From contig CBFIGT010000017.1 of NCBI GenBank assembly GCA_965662175.1, positions 1-28,753 of the forward strand: a DNA stretch of 28,753 nt. Direction: 5' to 3'. Of the stretch, positions 20,060-28,072 are shown piece after piece (position 1 is the first letter of the stretch; every line of letters begins with the position of its first letter). The notes under the pieces are model-generated. The model searched no databases. It saw only the letters and a program-made list of their open reading frames with translations, and was not told where the DNA came from. The DNA is from Arcobacter sp. (GTDB lineage: Bacteria > Campylobacterota > Campylobacteria > Campylobacterales > Arcobacteraceae). Both the position numbers and the translations under genes were made by a program.

Positions 20060-20980
20060 CTATAAAAAGCTATTTTGAATCACTAACCCTAAAACAACCA
20101 TCAAAACAATTCCCGCACTTTTATTATAGAGTCTATTTGCAGTTATAAATACTAACATCAATGTTAGTATTAAAGCAGCAATAATATCAAAATAGTATGC
20201 TTGTAAATCTACATTTAAATTGTTTACAATAGATGATAATCCCAAAACCATAGTAAAATTTGCAACATTTGAGCCTATAATATTACCAATTGCTAAATCA
20301 GCGTTGTTATTTAAGGCAGCTTTAATTGATATAGTAAGCTCAGGTAAACTTGTTCCAAATGCTACAAGAAATAATCCAATAATCCACTCACTAATTCCAA
20401 ACTCTCTTGCTATATTTGAAGCACTAACTATTGCAAAATCAGCACCAGCAATTGTCAAAATAAAACCAATAAAAAGTAAAGCTGATGTTTTTAACCAATT
20501 AAACTTTTCTTTCATCAACTCCTCATCAACTTCATCAATTTGATTTGAATTAATTAAAAAAAGTAAAAAAGCCACCATTAAAAAAAGAAATAAAACACCA
20601 TCAACTCTATTTAATTCACCATCAATACTCATAAGAATAAAGACCAAAATAGGAAAAAGTGCCCAAGCTGAATCTTTTGCAAAAAGGTCTCTTTTAGGAG
20701 ATATTTTTTTTGCTATTAAAAATACAGTACCAAGTACAAGTGCAATATTGAAAATAGTACTTCCAATTACATTTGCAACAGCAATATCAGCACTTCCTTG
20801 CAGTGATGCAGATATTGAAACAGCCATTTCAGGTAAACTAGTTCCAACAGCAACCAAGGTAGCACCAATTATAAATGGTGATATTTTATAATAAAGAGCA
20901 ATTCTTTCACTCTCTTTAATAATAAAATCAGCACCATAAATCAATGCACTCATAGAAACAATAAAAACTAAAATATCCAT
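20060..20980 (-). CDS. Calcium/sodium antiporter (YrbG family)
   Basis: Two alpha repeats, GTSLPEM...ANVIGS and GTSLPEL...GNIIGSN. Confidence 0.92.
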   Translation of the reverse strand: MDILVFIVSMSALIYGADFIIKESERIALYYKISPFIIGATLVAVGTSLPEMAVSISASLQGSADIAVANVIGSTIFNIALVLGTVFLIAKKISPKRDLFAKDSAWALFPILVFILMSIDGELNRVDGVLFLFLMVAFLLFLINSNQIDEVDEELMKEKFNWLKTSALLFIGFILTIAGADFAIVSASNIAREFGISEWIIGLFLVAFGTSLPELTISIKAALNNNADLAIGNIIGSNVANFTMVLGLSSIVNNLNVDLQAYYFDIIAALILTLMLVFITANRLYNKSAGIVLMVVLGLVIQNSFL

Positions 20981-21400
20981 TTATGAATTCCTTATTATCA
21001 AACTATCGGGAAGATTATATTTTTTAATCAACTCTTCCTCTTTTTGCCTATGTTCACCATTATCAATCTCATGGTCAAAACCTAAAAGATGAAGAATACC
21101 ATGTATAAAAAGTAGGGTAAACTCGTCATTTGTTGAGTGTCCATACTCTTTAGCTTTCTCTTCTACAAACTCTTTTGATATAACAATTGAGCCTAAAGGC
21201 ATATTTGGAAAATCAAACTCCATAGGAAAAGATAAAACATCAGTTGCTTTATCTTTATTTCTATGCTCACTATTTAAAAGTTGAATCTCATCATTTGATA
21301 CAATTAATAATTCAATATCTTTAGAAGTAAGCTCATTTGTGATTTTTTCAACTATTTCAATATTTAACTCTAAATTTGTTTGATTATCAAGCTCTATCAT
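20981..21400 (-). CDS. ybeY: rRNA maturation endoribonuclease YbeY
   Basis: TDVLSFP and HGILHLLGFDH motifs. Start revised to ATG 21400 (AAGGAA RBS upstream), giving 139 aa. Confidence 0.95.
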   Translation of the reverse strand: MIELDNQTNLELNIEIVEKITNELTSKDIELLIVSNDEIQLLNSEHRNKDKATDVLSFPMEFDFPNMPLGSIVISKEFVEEKAKEYGHSTNDEFTLLFIHGILHLLGFDHEIDNGEHRQKEEELIKKYNLPDSLIIRNS

Positions 21401-21505
21401 TGAGTTCCTTAAATATTTTCGCTCATTATATCCAATATTTATAAAAAGTATTCTTGACAAAATATGGAGAAAAAAATAGAATAAAGAAAAATTTTGGAGA
21501 AAATA

Positions 21506-21910
21506 ATGTCATTAGAAATAGGAACAAGTGCAACAATAGAGTATAAAGTTGAAGAGAAAGATTTAGCTAAGAATTTAGGAATTTCAAGTGATGATAATTT
21601 TCCTGCTGTTTTTGCAACAGCTAGATTAACAGCTCTTATGGAAGCAACTGCTGCAAAAGTTTTAATTCCACTAATTGAAGAGGGACAATTATCAGTTGGA
21701 GTTGAAGTAAGTATAAAACATACAGCACCTACACTAACAAATGATACAGTAAAAGCAACAGCTACATTTTTAGGAATGGAAGGAAAACTTTATAATTTCA
21801 GAGTAGAAGCTTTTGATAGTGCTGGAAAAGTAGGAGAGTGTACACATACAAGAGCAATTGTAACTGAAGATAGACTTATGGCTGGAGCTAATAAAAGAGT
21901 AGGGAAGTGA
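21506..21910 (+). CDS. Hotdog-fold thioesterase, FlK-like
   Basis: VFAT...LME and VG..V.IKH.APT pattern supplying the Thr/Glu/His triad. Start revised to ATG 21506 (GGAG at 21496-21499). Confidence 0.85.
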   Translation: MSLEIGTSATIEYKVEEKDLAKNLGISSDDNFPAVFATARLTALMEATAAKVLIPLIEEGQLSVGVEVSIKHTAPTLTNDTVKATATFLGMEGKLYNFRVEAFDSAGKVGECTHTRAIVTEDRLMAGANKRVGK

Positions 21911-21923
21911 TTATTTGATTGAG

Positions 21924-23273
21924 CTAAAAAAGCTCAATCATCTTAGGAACTTCATCAACAGCAAAGATTTTTAAGTTGGTTTTTATATTTGGTTTAAGAG
22001 CAACAATTGCTTTACTAATACCTTGAGCACTTGCCTCTTTTAGTCTCATATCTATTGAATAAACATCTTTTATCTCACCTGTAAGTGAAACCTCTCCAAT
22101 AAAAACAGACTCTTTTGAAATAGGTCTATCCCTAAATGAGCTAATAATAGCAGCAATAACAGCTAAATCAGCAGAACTCTCTTTGATTTTAATTCCACCA
22201 CTAATATTTATAAATACATCATAATGATTAAGTGGTAAATCAAGTTTTTTCTCTAATAGTGCTAAAAGCATATTTAATCTATTTACATCAAAACCGGTGG
22301 CACTTCTTTTTGGGTTTGGAAAAGTACTTTCACAAACTAAGGCTTGAACTTCAATAATAAGCGCCCTAGAACCCTCCATAACAACACTCAAAGAGGAACC
22401 AGCTTGGGCTTTACTTTTATCAAAAAACTTAGAAGCAATATCTTTAGCACTAATAAGTCCCTCAGCTGTCATCTCAAAAATACCTATTTCACTTGTACTT
22501 CCAAACCTATTTTTAAAACCTCGAAGCATACGAAGTTCTTTTGATGATTCACCCTCAAAATATAAAACAGTATCAACCATATGTTCTAAAACTCTAGGTC
22601 CTGCGATACTTCCATCTTTTGTAATATGCCCAATAATAAACATAGCAATATCACAATCTTTTGCTTTTCTCATAAGCTCAAAAGTTATCTCTCTAACTTG
22701 ACTAACACTTCCAGGTGCACTTGTTAGATTGCTTGAATAAATTGTCTGAATAGAGTCAATAACAACAGCTTCATAATCTTGTTTTAAAAGCTCTTCTTGT
22801 ATCTCTTCTAGTTTGATTTCAGATAATAAATAAAGATTATCACTATTTGCACCAAGTCTATTGGCTCGAAGTTTTATCTGACCAGCACTCTCTTCACCTG
22901 ATACATATAAAACCTTTTTACCACTATTTGAAATATCACCAGCAACTTTTAGTAAAAGAGTAGATTTCCCAACACCAGGACTTCCTCCAATCAAAGTCAA
23001 AGATCCAGGAACAATACCCCCACCTAAAACCAAATCAAACTCATGGTTGTTTGAGCTAAATCTAATAACATCATCTTGCTCTATTTGTGTGATAGGTTTT
23101 GCTTTTGAAGCTGTATTTATCACTTTTGAGGTCTGTTTTAAAACTTCTTGTTGTTCAGTATTTAGCTCAACAAAACTATCCCAACCACCACAGTTTGGAC
23201 ACTTTCCCAGCCATTTAGAAGCCTGCTCTCCACAATGTTGGCACTCAAAAAGAGTAGTTTTTTTCTTTGCCAT
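21924..23273 (-). CDS. radA: DNA repair protein RadA/Sms
   Basis: N-terminal CQHC...CPNC zinc finger, Walker A GSPGVGKST, KNRFG motif, Lon-like C-terminus. Confidence 0.97.
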   Translation of the reverse strand: MAKKKTTLFECQHCGEQASKWLGKCPNCGGWDSFVELNTEQQEVLKQTSKVINTASKAKPITQIEQDDVIRFSSNNHEFDLVLGGGIVPGSLTLIGGSPGVGKSTLLLKVAGDISNSGKKVLYVSGEESAGQIKLRANRLGANSDNLYLLSEIKLEEIQEELLKQDYEAVVIDSIQTIYSSNLTSAPGSVSQVREITFELMRKAKDCDIAMFIIGHITKDGSIAGPRVLEHMVDTVLYFEGESSKELRMLRGFKNRFGSTSEIGIFEMTAEGLISAKDIASKFFDKSKAQAGSSLSVVMEGSRALIIEVQALVCESTFPNPKRSATGFDVNRLNMLLALLEKKLDLPLNHYDVFINISGGIKIKESSADLAVIAAIISSFRDRPISKESVFIGEVSLTGEIKDVYSIDMRLKEASAQGISKAIVALKPNIKTNLKIFAVDEVPKMIELF

Positions 23274-23300
23274 AAAAAACCTTTTTTAATTTATGGTGTA

Positions 23301-23312
23301 ATTATAATCAAA
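23301..23312 (-). promoter_or_regulatory. Putative -10 region for radA
   Basis: Minus strand TTTGAT-TATAAT, 27 nt upstream of the radA ATG. Confidence 0.5.
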
Positions 23313-23401
23313 TTATTATTATGCCTTTAAAAATATTGCAAAATGAAATGTTTAAATTATATTAAATAATTTTATTTATAATAAGTTTCTTTTTAATTTC
23401 T

Positions 23402-23416
23402 TTTAAGTATCATAAT
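23402..23416 (+). promoter_or_regulatory. Putative sigma70 -10 region for the cas operon
   Basis: TTTAAG-TATCAT (alternatively CATAAT) preceded by periodic T-tracts; AAGG RBS at 23433-23436. Confidence 0.5.
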
Positions 23417-23442
23417 TATTAAATAAAAATTAAAGGCATAAA

Positions 23443-26400
23443 ATGTCAAAGTTAACTATTTCTATTGATATGGGTGCAAAAAATAATGGTGTATTTATTG
23501 TCAAAAGTCAAGAAAATAAAATTGTTGATAAAAAAGCTACAAATATCATAGTGGATAATATAAATTTTTCTAAAAAAAGTAGAAGAGAAAATAGACATAA
23601 AGATAGAAACTACAAAAGAAGAAAACTAGTAAAAAGACTTTTAAAAGAGTTAATTGATTTTTCAAAATATGATGATAAACAGCAAGAGCTTATCTTAGGA
23701 CTTTTAAATAATCGTGGTTATACTTTTATCTCTACATCAACTGAGTTTGAAAAATTAAATGATGAAACTATAGAGTTTATAGATGAACATTTTTTAGGCT
23801 TAAAAGCTTTAGTTACAAAAGAAGATTTTGAAAATAGAATTAGTTCATTTGAAGAGATAGAAGAGTTAAAAAAGTATATAGAATATATAAATCAAACAAT
23901 TACACTTGAAACAAAAAAGAAAAAAGCAGAGTTTTATAAAGAGTTTCAATCTACATTTACAATTATAAAAAAAGATTTAACTGAGATAAAAAAACTTTTA
24001 GTAGATATATTAAAAGAGCTTGATACAGGAAGTAAACCAAGAGTAAAATATTTTGAAGAAATAAAATCTGAAATAAACAAAGATTTTGACTTTTTGGAAG
24101 ATTTTACTAAAGCAGAGTTTTTCAATTTAATTGGAAATATTTCAAACTTTCAATTGAGGGTTTTAAGAAAATATTTTAATCAAAAATTTAATAATAAATT
24201 AGATATTGAAAAACTTGATTTAAAAGTTAGAAGGTATTTTAAGGCATTCCATTATAAAAGTGAAAAAGAAAAACTTCAAAGAAAAGAGTTATTTGATGTT
24301 TTAAATAATGAACAAGATATCTTAAACTTTTTAAAAAATACTAATCCTGAACTCACCATTCCACCTTATGAAGATATGAATAATAGAGATACTTACAAAT
24401 GTAACTCAATGCTTATAAAAGCAGCTGAGATAACAGATGAAATTAAAAGTGTGATTGATTTATTGCTTACAAAAGCAGAGTTTTCAAATCTTTTGATTAC
24501 AAATAATGAAGGTATTTTTGAAAAAGAAGAGTTAATAAAAGCAAAAGTAATTACAAACAATAAAAAGATACAAGAAGATTTTACATATTCAAAATATCTT
24601 CAACGAATACTTGATGCAACAGAAAATATTACAACTAAAGAGTTAAATCCTAGAAATGTATTTAAGCATAAAGCAAAATTTGAAAAGGGTAGCATAGATA
24701 GTATTGATAGTTTTAAAAGAGTATTTGGAGAAAAAACTTATGAAATATTAAAACCAATTGCTCAAAAGTATTATAAAGAAGAAGAGAAGATAATAAGTGG
24801 TATCTATGAAGAAAGTACATCTATTTTAGTAAAGTGTAATACAAACACACCATATAAGAATAATGCAAAACATCTACTTTTAAAACCTATTTATTCTTAC
24901 AATTTTACAAATGAGGAAGCTGATAAATTAATTGATTCTATAAAAAACTGTTATGGACTACAAAAAGCTTTTGAAAGAGTTTCAATAGAAGCAAAAAAAT
25001 ACCAAAATAGCTTTTATCACATAATTGAGGCTTGTTATAAAAATGAAAAATGCGTTGATGATAAAGATATTAAAACTATTATAAAAAATATTGAGAAAAA
25101 TTTTCAAGATTTGAAAAATATATTAAAAGATAAGAATACTTATCTAAATAATATTGAAAATGTAAATGAAGAAAATCTAAAAAGAGTTATAAATATTTTT
25201 AAACAGACTTATGAAATATTGTTTAAAGAGCTTGGAGGATTTAATAAAACTTGTAAACATTGTACTAAAGAAAATGCTATTAGAAGTGATGAAAGTCTTA
25301 CAATAGGAAAAAGAATTTTAAGTGATGTTGCAAAACCAATAGATGGTATGCTTGATATGATGTTAGATAGAGTTGCATTTGAAATAACAGAAAATATTGA
25401 AGAAAAAAATATCAAAGATATGAATGAACTTGAAATTTTACTTGAACAAAACAGATTTGAGTTTGAAGAGAATCTAAACACTATAAAAAGACAAAGTGAT
25501 CCATCTATTAAAAAATTTGATAAAGATAAATTCAAAGACAAACTAAATGTAAATATTTGTCCATATAGTGGTAAAAGTTTTGAAAAGGGTGACTTTGACC
25601 ATATATTACCACAAAGTAAAGGTGTATATAACTCTAAGGCAAATATGATTTATTGTAGTGTTGAGGGAAATCAAAAAATAAAAGGAAATAAGGACTTTAC
25701 TCTTGAAATGTTGGCAATTGAACATCTTGAAAAAGTATTTGGTAAAAAAAGTCTAGATGAAATAAAATCTATCATAAAAGAGGGAATAGAGAGTATAAAT
25801 ATTCAAGAGTTTACAAATTTTAACAATTTAAAACTTCAACAGCAAATAGCTCTAAGATATGCCTTGTTTATGAAAGATACAGCGCAGTTTAATAAAGCAT
25901 TTGAGATAGTAAGAAAAGATAAAATAAAAACTTTTTCTAATGGTACACAAAAAAGATTAGCACGATTTATTTATGAAAAACTTGCTAAAAAATTTCCAAA
26001 TTATTTAAAAGATATTGAAATAAATAGTAAAACAATTGATAATCAACTAGTAAGAACAATGAGAAACTTCTTAGCAAGTTCTAAAGAAGAGCTTCAAAAA
26101 CAAGAGATACAAAATAGTCATTCACACTGTATAGATGCAATGATTGTATTTTATTTGGCAAACTCTAAAATAAAAGGACGAGCAGATAAGCAAAAAGAGA
26201 ATATTGATTCTATAGAGTCAATATTTGATTTTGATGATATTTATTTGGAAAATAGTAAATCTAATGAGCAAATTATAAAAAAAGATACAATAAAAGATAG
26301 ATTATCAAAAAATAAAAAAATTAATTCAATTGCTTCAACAGAAGTTTTATTTAGAGAAAATGGTGTTGCTGTACATTATTTTAACATTTATGAAAAAGAT

Positions 26401-27216
26401 GGAAAGTTTTTTTATGGGGAAAGTAAAAAAAATATTTTACAATTTAAAGGTTTTAATGAAAAAATATTAGAATATTTTAAATCTTTAAATATTTTAAGTG
26501 AATTTGAAAAATACTGCTTCAATATAAATATTAATAATTTAAATAATGTCTTTTTTGAAAATAGAGATGAAGTTTTAACTAATATCTCTAAATTCAAAAA
26601 AATAGATGAATTACGATATACGACTCAAAAAAAGTCTATTATTAGTTTAGTGAATAGTTTTTTAAATCCAACATCTAATGATGAAAAAAAGTTCATCGAA
26701 ACTTTAATTGGTATAAAAAAGCTGGAAAAACTAGAACATTTTACTAAAGAAAATTTAATTTCATTTTTTCAAAAAGGTAGCAAAACTTCCCATAAACAAC
26801 TTACTTTAAGAATAGATAAAACTTGGAGTTTATTAGCTAAATATTTATCTGAAAAAAAAGAAGAGTTTTTAGTAGAAAGTATTAACAAAGATAAAAATAT
26901 TTTAACACTTGATAATTTAAAGCTAAAAGAGATACTTAGCAGGTCAGTTTTATTTAAAAGAACTCATAATACAAAAAGAAAAATAACAAATGAATATTCC
27001 TTACCTTTAAAAGATGTTACCGATAGAATGTTTATTTTAAGAAGAAAAAATAACAACAAAGATTTTATTTATCAGTATGTGTTAGCAAATAGAGAAAACT
27101 CCACAAGAAGTTTTTTTGAAGATGAATTTATACATAAACATAAAAATGATAAATTCCATAATAATATAATTCCATCTGATATTGGTTTTTATCAAAAAGC
27201 CTTTAAAAAGAACTAA
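23443..27216 (+). CDS. cas9: CRISPR-associated endonuclease Cas9, type II-B-like (Csx12), 1257 aa
   Basis: RuvC-I SIDMG (D9); Arg-rich bridge helix SRRENRHKDRNYKRRKLVKRL; II-B-type motifs NNRGYTF, LIGNISNFQLRVLRKYFN and TIPPYEDMNNR; RuvC-II E668; HNH CPYSG..DHILP (H720), N734, N743; RuvC-III H895/D898; cas1 downstream. Confidence 0.93.
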   Translation: MSKLTISIDMGAKNNGVFIVKSQENKIVDKKATNIIVDNINFSKKSRRENRHKDRNYKRRKLVKRLLKELIDFSKYDDKQQELILGLLNNRGYTFISTSTEFEKLNDETIEFIDEHFLGLKALVTKEDFENRISSFEEIEELKKYIEYINQTITLETKKKKAEFYKEFQSTFTIIKKDLTEIKKLLVDILKELDTGSKPRVKYFEEIKSEINKDFDFLEDFTKAEFFNLIGNISNFQLRVLRKYFNQKFNNKLDIEKLDLKVRRYFKAFHYKSEKEKLQRKELFDVLNNEQDILNFLKNTNPELTIPPYEDMNNRDTYKCNSMLIKAAEITDEIKSVIDLLLTKAEFSNLLITNNEGIFEKEELIKAKVITNNKKIQEDFTYSKYLQRILDATENITTKELNPRNVFKHKAKFEKGSIDSIDSFKRVFGEKTYEILKPIAQKYYKEEEKIISGIYEESTSILVKCNTNTPYKNNAKHLLLKPIYSYNFTNEEADKLIDSIKNCYGLQKAFERVSIEAKKYQNSFYHIIEACYKNEKCVDDKDIKTIIKNIEKNFQDLKNILKDKNTYLNNIENVNEENLKRVINIFKQTYEILFKELGGFNKTCKHCTKENAIRSDESLTIGKRILSDVAKPIDGMLDMMLDRVAFEITENIEEKNIKDMNELEILLEQNRFEFEENLNTIKRQSDPSIKKFDKDKFKDKLNVNICPYSGKSFEKGDFDHILPQSKGVYNSKANMIYCSVEGNQKIKGNKDFTLEMLAIEHLEKVFGKKSLDEIKSIIKEGIESINIQEFTNFNNLKLQQQIALRYALFMKDTAQFNKAFEIVRKDKIKTFSNGTQKRLARFIYEKLAKKFPNYLKDIEINSKTIDNQLVRTMRNFLASSKEELQKQEIQNSHSHCIDAMIVFYLANSKIKGRADKQKENIDSIESIFDFDDIYLENSKSNEQIIKKDTIKDRLSKNKKINSIASTEVLFRENGVAVHYFNIYEKDGKFFYGESKKNILQFKGFNEKILEYFKSLNILSEFEKYCFNININNLNNVFFENRDEVLTNISKFKKIDELRYTTQKKSIISLVNSFLNPTSNDEKKFIETLIGIKKLEKLEHFTKENLISFFQKGSKTSHKQLTLRIDKTWSLLAKYLSEKKEEFLVESINKDKNILTLDNLKLKEILSRSVLFKRTHNTKRKITNEYSLPLKDVTDRMFILRRKNNNKDFIYQYVLANRENSTRSFFEDEFIHKHKNDKFHNNIIPSDIGFYQKAFKKN

Positions 27217-27217
27217 T

Positions 27218-28072
27218 ATGTCAAATATAGTAATCTACAATGATGGAGAACTAGAACTAGATGTTTCACTCAATGCTGAGACTATTTGGCTTACCCAAAA
27301 GCAACTCTGTGAACTTTTTGGTAGAGATAAATCTGTTATTTCAAGACATATAAGAAATATATTTAAAGATAATGAACTTGATAAAAATTCAACTGTTGCA
27401 AAAAATGCAACAGTTCAAAAAGAGGGAGATAGAGAGATTGTTAGAGAAATAGAATTTTATAATCTTGATATGATTATTTCAGTAGGCTATAGAGTAAATT
27501 CATTAAAAGCCACAAAATTTAGACAATGGGCTACAAAGATTTTAAAAAATTATATAGTAAATGGCTACTCAATAAATAGTGAAAAAATCACAAATGAAAG
27601 ATTTGTATCTTTAGAAAATGATGTGAATTTTTTAAAAACTAAAATAAATAATATCTCAAATCATATTGAAGATAGAACAATGCAAATAAAGCAAGGTGTC
27701 TTTTATGATGGAGAAATATTTGATGCTTATGCATTTATATCTAGTTTGATTAAAAATGCAAAAAAAGAGATTATTTTAGTTGATAATTATATTGATGAGT
27801 CCACTCTAACACTTTTTTCAAAAAATAAAAATATTAAACTAACAATATATACTAAAAACTTGAGTAAAGAATTAAAATTAGATATCCAAAAATACAATAA
27901 ACAATATAATAATCTTGAAGTTAAAATTTGTAAAAATTTTCATGATAGATTTCTAATCATAGATGAAAATGATATATATCATATAGGGGCTAGTTTAAAA
28001 GACTTGGGTACTAAAGTTTTTGCATTTAGTAAAATGCAAATAGATACAAAAATATTTTTACAACAGTTATGA
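27218..28072 (+). CDS. RhuM-family DNA-binding domain fused to a C-terminal PLD-like (HxR) domain, 284 aa
   Basis: TIWLTQKQLCELF..VISRHIRNIF and YNLDMIISVGYRVNS..ATKFRQWAT (RhuM); AKKEIILVDNYID and FHDRFLIID..YHIGASLKDLG (PLD-like). Start revised from TTG 27182 to ATG 27218. Confidence 0.85.
   Translation: MSNIVIYNDGELELDVSLNAETIWLTQKQLCELFGRDKSVISRHIRNIFKDNELDKNSTVAKNATVQKEGDREIVREIEFYNLDMIISVGYRVNSLKATKFRQWATKILKNYIVNGYSINSEKITNERFVSLENDVNFLKTKINNISNHIEDRTMQIKQGVFYDGEIFDAYAFISSLIKNAKKEIILVDNYIDESTLTLFSKNKNIKLTIYTKNLSKELKLDIQKYNKQYNNLEVKICKNFHDRFLIIDENDIYHIGASLKDLGTKVFAFSKMQIDTKIFLQQL
27391..27415. repeat. Perfect 10-bp inverted repeat with 5-nt spacer inside the RhuM-domain coding sequence
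   Basis: AACTGTTGCA-AAAAA-TGCAACAGTT, spanning codons S58-V66 (STVAKNATV). Confidence 0.95.

Noticed and set aside
21401..21505. Longer N-termini of ybeY and the thioesterase, and a TGGAGAAAA direct repeat
   Set aside because: Downstream ATGs have better RBS matches; the 9-bp repeat is too short to interpret.
20220..23289. + strand ORFs 20220-20543, 22344-22544 and 23047-23289
   Set aside because: Antisense shadows of the antiporter and radA.
23274..23442. tracrRNA or mini-array upstream of cas9
   Set aside because: Short, extremely AT-rich, accounted for by two promoters, with no stable hairpins or direct repeats.
25209..26597. Minus-strand ORFs inside cas9 as possible anti-CRISPR or regulator genes
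   Set aside because: Composition mirrors the sense frame; no independent support.
23443..27216. Alternative calls: IscB/TnpB, Cas12 or stand-alone HNH nuclease
   Set aside because: The order RuvC-I, bridge helix, large REC region, RuvC-II, HNH, RuvC-III, together with nearby cas1, fits Cas9.
27182..27217. TTG start giving a 35-nt overlap or frameshift fusion of cas9 with the RhuM gene
   Set aside because: RhuM-like sequence begins at ATG 27218 (MSNIVIY). I see no convincing recoding signal, although the upstream frame is open for 12 codons.
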